In this document: piece by piece, positions 56,839 through 64,000 of the stretch | How the letters are laid out: each line of letters opens with the position of its first letter | Position numbering within the stretch: position 1 is the stretch's first letter | Source: an uncultured Pseudoflavonifractor sp. | GTDB lineage: Bacteria; Bacillota; Clostridia; Oscillospirales; Oscillospiraceae | Assembly: GCF_944387805.1 (NCBI RefSeq) | Contig: NZ_CALXGI010000004.1 | Span: 20,793 to 84,792 of the forward strand | Direction of reading: 5' to 3' | DNA length: 64,000 nucleotides | Translations under genes and position numbers: made by a program | Notes under the pieces: generated by a model | Told to the model about the DNA's origin: nothing | Seen by the model: only the letters and a program-made list of their open reading frames with translations | The model's database searches: none

Positions 56839-58263
56839 TTACTGTTCTGTCAGCTTCCGGCGGACGGCCTCATTGACGGCCTTGGGGTCGGCCTTGCCCT
56901 TGAGCTGGCGCATGACCTGGCCCACCAGGAAGCCGAAGGCCTTCTCCTTGCCGGCGCGGTAGTCGGCCACCGACTTGGGGTTGTCGGCAAAGGCCTTGTC
57001 CACAGCGGCCTCCACCAGGCTGCCGTCCTGAATCTGCTCCAGTCCGTGCTCCGCCACATAGGCATCCACGTCGCCGTCGCTGTCGAACACTGCCTCAAAC
57101 ACGGTGACGGCGGTGTTGCGGTTGAGCCTACCCTCCGCCACCAGGGCGATGAGACGGGCCAGAGTGGCGGGGGAGAGGGGCATATCCGCCGCCTCCATGC
57201 CCCGGGCGGACAGGGCGCGCAACACCTCGCCCATAATCCAGTTGGACGCCTGTTTGGCAGGGGCGCCCAGGTCAACCACTGCCTCAAAGAAGTCGGACAG
57301 CGCCTTCTGGGAGGTGATCATCTCGGTGTCGTAGGCGGGCAGGCCGAACTGGCGCTGATACCGCTCCATTCTGGCCGGGGCCATCTCGGGCTGGGCGGCG
57401 AGCAGGCGGTACAGGTACTCCTGGGACAGCTCCACCGGGGGCAGGTCGGGGTCGGGGAAGTAGCGGTAGTCCTGGGCGTTCTCTTTGGAGCGCATGGCGT
57501 AGGTGGCGTCCTTGTTCTCATCCCAGCGGCGGGTCTCCTGAACCACCCGCTTGCCCTCCTCCAGCAGCTCAATCTGCCGCCGGCTCTCATACTGGATGGC
57601 CCGGGAAATGGCCTTGAAGGAGTTGAGGTTCTTCATCTCAGTGCGGGTGCCCAGCTCCGTGGAGCCTGCGGGGCGTACCGACAGGTTCACGTCGCACCGG
57701 AGGGAGCCCTCCTGCATCTTGCAGTCGGACACGCCCAGGTACTGGAGGGTGGAGCGCAGCTGCTCCAGGTAGGCGATGACCTCCTCGGCGGTGCGGAAGT
57801 CGGGCTCGGTGACAATCTCGATGAGGGGTACGCCGCAGCGGTTATAGTCGCAGCAGGTCTGGTCGGTCCAGGGGTCGTGGACCAGCTTGCCCGCGTCCTC
57901 CTCCATGTGCAGCTCGTGAATACCCACCGTCTTGCCGCCGCCGATGTCCACCCTGCCGTTCCGGGCGATGGGCAGGTAGAGCTGGGAGATCTGATAGGCC
58001 TTGGGCAGGTCGGGGTAGAAGTAGTTCTTCCGGTCAAAGCGGCTCTTCTTGGTGATCTCACACCCCAGGGCCAGCCCGGCCTTGACGGCGAACTCCAGCA
58101 CCTTCTCGTTGAGCACGGGCAGGGCGCCCGGCATGCCGGTGCACACCGGGCAGCAGTGGGTGTTGGGCGCGCCGCCGAAGGCAGTGGTGCAGGAGCAGAA
58201 GATTTTGGTGGCTGTGGAGAGCTCCACATGGGTCTCCAGACCGATGACGGTTTCCCAGGTCAT
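56839..58263 (-). CDS. gatB: Asp/Glu-tRNA amidotransferase subunit B
   Basis: IGLETHVEL, RKNYFYPDLPKAYQISQ, HMEEDAGK, GSLRCDVNLS, YRYFPDPDL. Confidence 0.98.
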   Translation of the reverse strand: MTWETVIGLETHVELSTATKIFCSCTTAFGGAPNTHCCPVCTGMPGALPVLNEKVLEFAVKAGLALGCEITKKSRFDRKNYFYPDLPKAYQISQLYLPIARNGRVDIGGGKTVGIHELHMEEDAGKLVHDPWTDQTCCDYNRCGVPLIEIVTEPDFRTAEEVIAYLEQLRSTLQYLGVSDCKMQEGSLRCDVNLSVRPAGSTELGTRTEMKNLNSFKAISRAIQYESRRQIELLEEGKRVVQETRRWDENKDATYAMRSKENAQDYRYFPDPDLPPVELSQEYLYRLLAAQPEMAPARMERYQRQFGLPAYDTEMITSQKALSDFFEAVVDLGAPAKQASNWIMGEVLRALSARGMEAADMPLSPATLARLIALVAEGRLNRNTAVTVFEAVFDSDGDVDAYVAEHGLEQIQDGSLVEAAVDKAFADNPKSVADYRAGKEKAFGFLVGQVMRQLKGKADPKAVNEAVRRKLTEQ

Positions 58264-58264
58264 A

Positions 58265-59731
58265 TTATTTGACCTCCTTCCCATAGGGGGAACGTCTGTG
58301 GTAATCGGTGTCCAGCTGGAAGGCGTGGGCGGCGTTGAGAACGGCCGCCTCACCCAGGGCCGGGCCGATGAGCTGGGCGCCGATAGGTACGCCGCCGTCA
58401 AAGCCGCAGGGCATGGACAGGGCAGGCAGACCCGCCAGATTGGCGGGCACGGTGTAGATGTCGCTCAGATACATCTTCAGCGCTTCGCTGAGGCTCTCAC
58501 CCAGTTTAGGGGCGGTGGTGGGGGAGACAGGGGTGAGCAGCAGGTCGTACTGCTCAAAGGCCCTGTCAAAGGCCTCCTTGATGAGGGCCTTGACCTGGAG
58601 GGCTTTTTTGTAGTAGGCGTCGTAGTAGCCGGAGGAGAGGACAAAGGTGCCCAGCAGAATGCGCCGCTTCACCTCGGAGCCGAAGCCCTCGGTGCGGGTG
58701 CGGCAGTAGAGGTCGGTCAGGTCCTCGTACTCGGGCGCACGCCAGCCGTACTTCACGCCGTCATACCGGGACAGGTTGCTGCTGGCCTCGGCGCAGGCAA
58801 TAATATAATAGGTAGGCACCATATATTTCATCAGGGGGAAGGAGAAGGTCTCCACTCTGGCCCCTCTTGCCTCCAGCACGGCGGCAGTGGCCTTGACGGC
58901 ATCGGCCACCTGGGGCTCCAGACCTTCGCCAAAACACTGGCTGGGCAGGCCGATCTTCATGCCCCGGATGTCCCCGGTCAGCCTGGAGAGCAGGCTCCCC
59001 GCGGGCACGTCCAGGGAGGTGGCATCCCGCCTGTCCCTGCCCTGGATGGCGTCCAGCACGGCGGCGCAGTCGGCGGCGGTGCGGGCCAGGGGGCCAATCT
59101 GGTCCAGAGAGGAGGCGTAGGCGATGAGGCCGTACCGGCTGACCGAGCCGTAGGTGGGCTTGATGCCGGTGACGCCGCAGAAGGAGGCGGGCTGGCGGAT
59201 GGAGCCGCCGGTGTCGGAGCCCAGGGCGAACCAGCACGCCCGGGCGGCCACAGCAGCTGCCGCGCCGCCGGAGGAGCCGCCGGGCACCCGGGAAGTGTCC
59301 CAGGGGTTGCGGGTGGGGCCGTAGAAGGAGGTCTCGGTGGTGGAGCCCATGGCGAACTCGTCCATGTTCAGCTTGCCCAGGGAGACGGCTCCGGCCTCTG
59401 CCATCCGCTCTGTCACGGCGGCATCGTAGGGTGGCGCGAAGTCCCCCAGGATTTTGGAGGCGCAGCAGGTCTTGACGCCCTTGGTGCAGATGTTGTCCTT
59501 GATGGCCATGGGCACGCCGTACAGGGGGCTTTTTGCCTCTTTCACCCCGGCCTGGAGGGCCTGGGCGCGGGCCATGGCCTGCTCACCGGCGGCGGTGATA
59601 AAGCAGTTGAGGGAGGGCTCCCGCTCCGCCATCGCGTCCAGGGCGGTCTGGGTGGCCTCAGCGATGGACACGTCCCCAGCCCTGATGGCCGCGCCCAGCT
59701 CCAGGGCGCTCAGTTCCAGCAGTTCTTTCAC
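58265..59731 (-). CDS. gatA: Asp/Glu-tRNA amidotransferase subunit A
   Basis: KLNMDEFAMGS, GGSSGG, GSDTGGSIRQPA. Confidence 0.98.
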   Translation of the reverse strand: MKELLELSALELGAAIRAGDVSIAEATQTALDAMAEREPSLNCFITAAGEQAMARAQALQAGVKEAKSPLYGVPMAIKDNICTKGVKTCCASKILGDFAPPYDAAVTERMAEAGAVSLGKLNMDEFAMGSTTETSFYGPTRNPWDTSRVPGGSSGGAAAAVAARACWFALGSDTGGSIRQPASFCGVTGIKPTYGSVSRYGLIAYASSLDQIGPLARTAADCAAVLDAIQGRDRRDATSLDVPAGSLLSRLTGDIRGMKIGLPSQCFGEGLEPQVADAVKATAAVLEARGARVETFSFPLMKYMVPTYYIIACAEASSNLSRYDGVKYGWRAPEYEDLTDLYCRTRTEGFGSEVKRRILLGTFVLSSGYYDAYYKKALQVKALIKEAFDRAFEQYDLLLTPVSPTTAPKLGESLSEALKMYLSDIYTVPANLAGLPALSMPCGFDGGVPIGAQLIGPALGEAAVLNAAHAFQLDTDYHRRSPYGKEVK

Positions 59732-59743
59732 AGTAAACCCTCC

Positions 59744-60031
59744 TTATTCCACAGCCTTGGGCACCCGGAAGGTCTCCTCGTCTCTGTCCGGCGCGCCGGA
59801 CAGCAGAACCTCCCGGTCTGCCGAGGGGACCACCTCGTCAGCACGGAGCACGTTTTTCAGGGGGAAGGTGTGGCTCATGGGCTCCACGCCGTCGGTGTCC
59901 AGGGTGTTGAGGGTGTCCATATAGGTGACGATCTGTTCCAGCTCACCGGCCATTTTGGCCTTCTCCTCCTGGGGGAGGCGGAGCCGGGACAGGGTGGAGA
60001 CGTAGTCCACCAGCTCTTCGGTAATTTTCAT
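59744..60031 (-). CDS. gatC: Asp/Glu-tRNA amidotransferase subunit C
   Basis: LSRL, DTDGVEPMSH, FRVPK. Confidence 0.96.
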   Translation of the reverse strand: MKITEELVDYVSTLSRLRLPQEEKAKMAGELEQIVTYMDTLNTLDTDGVEPMSHTFPLKNVLRADEVVPSADREVLLSGAPDRDEETFRVPKAVE

Positions 60032-60179
60032 AACAGCAGCATCCTTTCGTCCAATCCCCTCGGAGAGCGGAGGGGGTATCGCGCCGCAGGTGCGTATCTA
60101 GGGGGAACTGGTTCCCCCTGGAGGGCGCATATCCTGCCGCAGCGCGGCAGAGATTTTCCGCAGAAAATCGATGCGCCCT

Positions 60180-61502
60180 TTAAGGTTCCAGCCGGGTGCG
60201 GTCCCGGGGGAAGAGGGTGGCCAGGCGCACATTGTCCAGGCCGCACAGCTGCATGGTCAGCCGCTCCAGGCCGATGCCCAGGCCGCCGTGGGGGGGCGCG
60301 CCGTACTTGTGGAGCATGAGGTAGGACTCGAACTCTTTGGGGTCCATGCCAAGCCGCTCCATCTTGGCCACCTGCTGGTCGTAGTCGTGAATGCGCTGGC
60401 CGCCGGTGGTCACCTCCATGCCCCGGAACAGCAGGTCAAAGGACAGGGTGTACTTGGGGTCCTCCGGGTCGTCCATGGCGTAGAAGGGCCGCTTTTTGGC
60501 CGGGTAGTGGGTGACAAAGACCAGGTCGCTGCCCCATACCTCCCTGGCGTACCGGCCGATGGCGTGCTCCTCCTCGGGCTCCAGGTCGTAGGGGTTGCGG
60601 ATGGCGTAGCCGTACCTCTCCGCCGCCAGCCGTTTGGCCTCGTCAAACCGGACGCAGGGGATATCCTTCATTTCCGGGAGGGTAACACCCAGCCGGGCCA
60701 GGTCGCCGGCGTACTCCTCGCTCAGCAGGCGGAAGCAGTACTGGAGGAAGCCGGTCTCCACGGCGATGATGTCGTAGAAGCTGTCGATATACCCCATCTC
60801 AAAATCCATGGAGGTGTACTCGTTCAGGTGGCGGGTGGTGCTGTGCTTCTCCGCCCGGAACACGGGGCCCACCTCGAACACCCGCTCAAAGACGGGCACC
60901 ATGGTCTGCTTGTAGAACTGGGGGGACTGGGTGAGGAAGGCCTTGCGGCCGAAGTAGTCCAGCCGGAAGATGTTGCTGCCGCCTTCCGCCCCGGCGTGGA
61001 CAATCTTGGGGGTGTGGATTTCGGTAAAGTCTTGGCTCTGGAGGTACTCACGGAAGGCCCGGCAGATGCCTGCCTGGATGCGGAATACACTGCGCTCCCG
61101 CAGGCTGCGCAGCACCACAGGGCGGAGGGAGAGCCGGGAATCCAGGGTCAGGTTCAGCTTCCACTTGGAGACAGGCACCGGCGTTGGTGCGGCAGGACGG
61201 GAGAGCACCCGCACCGCAGCCGCGGCCAGCTCAGCCCCGCCGGGAGCCCGCTCCTCCGGGCGCACCGTGCCCAGCACCTCCACGGCGCACTCCTCGGTGA
61301 CGCCGTCCAGCTCCACCTCCGGCGGGCACACGCACTGGAGCACCCCGTCTCCCTTGCGCAGGAGCAGGAAGGTGAGGCCGCCCATGTCCCGCAGGGCATG
61401 GACCATACCACGGACGGAGACGGCCTGATTGGCCAGGGCACCTCCGATAATGTCGTCTATGGCGGGCTGCTTGACTGGGGTAAGAGCTGTCGCTGTGATC
61501 AT
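60180..61502 (-). CDS. aspS: Non-discriminating aspartyl-tRNA synthetase (short archaeal/eukaryotic type)
   Basis: OB-fold start, FLTQSPQFYKQ, FRAE..RHLNEY, PPHGGLGIGLERL; 440 aa; first gene of aspS-gatCAB. Confidence 0.93.
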   Translation of the reverse strand: MITATALTPVKQPAIDDIIGGALANQAVSVRGMVHALRDMGGLTFLLLRKGDGVLQCVCPPEVELDGVTEECAVEVLGTVRPEERAPGGAELAAAAVRVLSRPAAPTPVPVSKWKLNLTLDSRLSLRPVVLRSLRERSVFRIQAGICRAFREYLQSQDFTEIHTPKIVHAGAEGGSNIFRLDYFGRKAFLTQSPQFYKQTMVPVFERVFEVGPVFRAEKHSTTRHLNEYTSMDFEMGYIDSFYDIIAVETGFLQYCFRLLSEEYAGDLARLGVTLPEMKDIPCVRFDEAKRLAAERYGYAIRNPYDLEPEEEHAIGRYAREVWGSDLVFVTHYPAKKRPFYAMDDPEDPKYTLSFDLLFRGMEVTTGGQRIHDYDQQVAKMERLGMDPKEFESYLMLHKYGAPPHGGLGIGLERLTMQLCGLDNVRLATLFPRDRTRLEP

Positions 61503-61552
61503 GACCGTTCACATCCTTTTGAAAGAGTAAAAAAATTCCACCACAAAAAACG

Positions 61553-61822
61553 AAAAAAGCCCCGAGACTGCCAAAGCAGTTTCGGGGCGAAACATACCTG
61601 TTCCGCGGTACCACCCAAAGTTGCGGCGTCCTCATTGACGCGACCTCTTATACTCCTTAACGCGGAGGGGGACGGGCGAACCTACCCCTCCGGCTGGAGG
61701 CTCGGCACGCCGGCTCAAAAGTGTTGCGCCGTCTCTTCTCTCCGGGGCGGGCTCTCAGTCGGTGGCCCGCGTTCTCTGTCGGATGCCCGAGGGGCGGTCT
61801 TTCTCGTTGCCTTTGTGATGTT
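61553..61822 (-). promoter_or_regulatory. T-box riboswitch, Asn (AAC) specifier
   Basis: GGGTGGTACCGCG at 61604-61616, terminator 61559-61588 with U tract, Stem I with AG-box/GNUG elements, AAC at 61723-61725; promoter TTGACA-N18-TATAAT at 61829-61858. Confidence 0.93.
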
Positions 61823-62005
61823 GGAGGCATTATACGCCCGCAGAAGGACATTTGTCAACGGTTATTTTTCTTCAATATTTTTCCATGAAAGAAAAAAGGT
61901 GATCTTTGCCGATGGAATGTGCTATAATGAACAGAATTGAATCAGCTGCCGCAGGGGCTGTCCGGCCCCCTGGCGCTGAGCACACCCAAAGGAGAGAACC
62001 CAGCC

Positions 62006-62866
62006 ATGAAAATTATTGACATTCTCAGCCAGGACAAGGTCACCCTGTCCTTCGAGGTATTCCCGCCCAAGACCAGCGACTCCTACGAGTCTGTGGCAAA
62101 GGCCACGCAGGAGATTGCGGCCCTCAAGCCCGACTTCATGAGCGTGACCTACGGAGCCGGCGGCGGCACCAGCGACTACACCGTGGGCATTGCCGCGGGC
62201 ATCCGGGACAAGTACGGCGTGGAGCCTCTGGCCCACCTGACCTGCGCCTCCTCCACCCGGGAGCGCGTCCAGCAGGTGCTGAGCAAGCTGAAGGCGAGCG
62301 GCATCAGCAATGTGCTGGCCCTGCGGGGAGACATCCCGGAAGGGGGCGCTCCGGCCCATGACTACCACCACGCCGCCGAGCTGGTGCGGGAGATCAAGGC
62401 CAGCGGCGACTTCTGTGTGGGCGGCGCCTGCTACCCCGAGGGCCACCCCGAGTCCCCCAACAAGGCCAGCGACATCGACTATCTGAAGGCCAAGGTGGAG
62501 GCGGGCTGTGAGTTCCTCACCACCCAGATGTTCTTTGACAACAACATCCTCTACAATTTCCTCTACCGCATCCGGGAGAAGGGAATCACCGTCCCCGTGG
62601 TGGCGGGCATCATGCCGGTGACCAACGGCAAGCAGATTGCCCGCATCTGCAAGCTGTCCGGCACCTATCTGCCCGAAAAATTCAAGGCCATTGTGGACAA
62701 ATTCGGAGACAACCCTGCCGCCATGCGCCAGGCCGGCGTGGCCTACGCCGCCGGACAGATCATCGACCTCATCGCCAACGGCGTCAACCACATTCACATC
62801 TACTCCATGAACAAGCCGGAGATTGCCGCTGGCATTCAGGAGAGCCTGTCGGAGGTCCTGAAGTGA
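62006..62866 (+). CDS. metF: 5,10-methylenetetrahydrofolate reductase
   Basis: SFEVFPPK, SVTYGAGG, AHLTC, LALRGD, ACYPEGH, TQMFF. Confidence 0.96.
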   Translation: MKIIDILSQDKVTLSFEVFPPKTSDSYESVAKATQEIAALKPDFMSVTYGAGGGTSDYTVGIAAGIRDKYGVEPLAHLTCASSTRERVQQVLSKLKASGISNVLALRGDIPEGGAPAHDYHHAAELVREIKASGDFCVGGACYPEGHPESPNKASDIDYLKAKVEAGCEFLTTQMFFDNNILYNFLYRIREKGITVPVVAGIMPVTNGKQIARICKLSGTYLPEKFKAIVDKFGDNPAAMRQAGVAYAAGQIIDLIANGVNHIHIYSMNKPEIAAGIQESLSEVLK

Positions 62867-63513
62867 TCCTGGAGGCGGACTACGGCGAGATCTGCCGGTA
62901 CCTGGGCTACCGGAGGGACACACCCCCGGACAGCGCCATGGAGCAGACCATCCGTGCCTGCGCCCGGCGGCTGGAGCAGGCGGTCACCCCCCGGTGGGTG
63001 AGCCGGGAATTCCCCCTCACCCGCCTGCCCGACGGGACGTTGGAGCTGGGGGAGGTCCGGGTGGAGAGCAAGAGCCTGTCCCGCAACCTGAAGGGCTGCG
63101 AGCGGGTGATTTTCTTCGCCGCCACCCTGGGGGTGGAGGCCGACCGGCTCATCGCGAGAGCCGCCGCCGTGCGGATGAGCGAGGCGGTGATCCTCCAGGC
63201 CGCGGCGGCCTCCCTCATCGAGGTGTGCTGCGACGAGGCCTGTGAGGAGCTGCGCGTCAAAGCGGAGGAGGAGGGCTGGTATCTCCGGCCCCGGTTCAGC
63301 CCCGGCTACGGGGACTTCTCCATCGCCCACCAGCGGGATATCACAGCTTTGCTCCAGACCCCGGCCAGAATCGGACTGACGGTGACGGAGCAGATGCTGC
63401 TGGCCCCCATGAAGTCGGTCACCGCGGTGATCGGCATGTCCCGCCAGGCGGCGCCCTGTCACCGGCAGGGCTGCGAGGCCTGCGGCAAGACCGACTGCGC
63501 CTTTCGCAGATAA
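62863..63513 (+). CDS. Stand-alone B12-dependent methionine synthase activation-domain-like protein
   Basis: FAATLG, RFSPGYGDF, PMKSVTAVIG, C-terminal C-x4-C-x2-C-x4-C. Confidence 0.85.
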   Translation: MILEADYGEICRYLGYRRDTPPDSAMEQTIRACARRLEQAVTPRWVSREFPLTRLPDGTLELGEVRVESKSLSRNLKGCERVIFFAATLGVEADRLIARAAAVRMSEAVILQAAAASLIEVCCDEACEELRVKAEEEGWYLRPRFSPGYGDFSIAHQRDITALLQTPARIGLTVTEQMLLAPMKSVTAVIGMSRQAAPCHRQGCEACGKTDCAFRR

Positions 63514-63525
63514 CAGGAGGAACCT

Positions 63526-64000
63526 ATGAGTTTTTTGGAGAAACTGGGGCGTGAGCGCCTCTTTTTTGACGGCGGCACCGGCACCTTGCTTCAGGCCCAG
63601 GGCCTGAAGGGGGGCGAGCTGCCCGAGACCTGGAACCTGCGCTACCCCGAGCGGATTCAGGCCGTGCACAAGGCCTATCTGGAGGCGGGAAGCCACGTCA
63701 TCTGCACCAACACCTTTGGGGCCAACGCCCTGAAGTTCCCCGACGGCGGGGAGTGGGATCTGGACGAGATTGTCCGGGCCGCTATGGACAATGCCAAGAA
63801 GGCCAGAGCGGAGACGGGCCGGGAGGCCGACGCCTACATCGCTCTGGATCTGGGCCCCACCGGGCGGCTGCTGCGGCCCATGGGGGACCTGGACTTTGAG
63901 GACGCGGTAGCGCTGTTTGCCCGGGTGGTCCGGGTGGGCGCTGCGGCAGGTGCCGACCTGGTGCTCATCGAGACCATGAGCGACGGCTACGAGGCCAAGG
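63526..64000 (+). CDS. metH: Homocysteine S-methyltransferase / split MetH N-terminal module (partial)
   Basis: Manually translated: MSFLEKLGRERLFFDGGTGTLLQ...ETWNL..PE...HKAYLEAGSHVICTNTFGAN...DLGPTG...IETM. Not in the ORF track. Confidence 0.88.
   Translation, partial: MSFLEKLGRERLFFDGGTGTLLQAQGLKGGELPETWNLRYPERIQAVHKAYLEAGSHVICTNTFGANALKFPDGGEWDLDEIVRAAMDNAKKARAETGREADAYIALDLGPTGRLLRPMGDLDFEDAVALFARVVRVGAAAGADLVLIETMSDGYEAK

Noticed and set aside
613-61940. Many long ORFs antisense to real genes (e.g. 613-2286, 9723-11180, 17039-18721, 22788-24995, 32244-34667, 38091-40493, 52486-55071, 58049-60319, 60171-61940)
   Set aside because: Shadow frames caused by high GC3; they have no family motifs and fully overlap well-supported genes.
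1-64000. CRISPR array, rRNA, transposase, integrase or prophage genes
   Set aside because: No regularly spaced repeats or matching protein motifs were seen anywhere in the window.

Overview
GC-rich chromosomal segment of a spore-forming gut Clostridia-type bacterium; gene content and style resemble Oscillospiraceae (inference). Most of it is housekeeping and metabolism: two MarR + heterodimeric ABC-exporter modules, purA, hslO, a monomeric [FeFe]-hydrogenase, a RACo/ASKHA corrinoid activator, ypeB, a large GGDEF-EAL-GGDEF protein, cls, a hybrid kinase, infC-rpmI-rplT with an L20 leader, a BMP nucleoside ABC system, a Zn-type ABC system followed by a kinase and GerMN protein, metY, a YbhJ-like hydratase, an amidase, a T-box-controlled aspS(ND)-gatCAB operon and metF/split metH. 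No integrase, transposase or CRISPR array was seen. The most unusual signals are non-coding. (1) The same ~265-270 bp multi-hairpin element starts exactly at the CCA end of two unrelated tRNA genes (Gly-CCC, Leu-CAA), shows compensatory base changes, and each copy is followed by foreign-looking cargo. (2) An unannotated ~175-nt transcription unit diverges from tRNA-Gly; it folds into a 6S-like rod and also encodes a 27-aa acidic peptide. (3) Two small hairpin-rich inserts are flanked by long degenerate direct repeats, one of which duplicates the last 16 codons of the hydratase gene.
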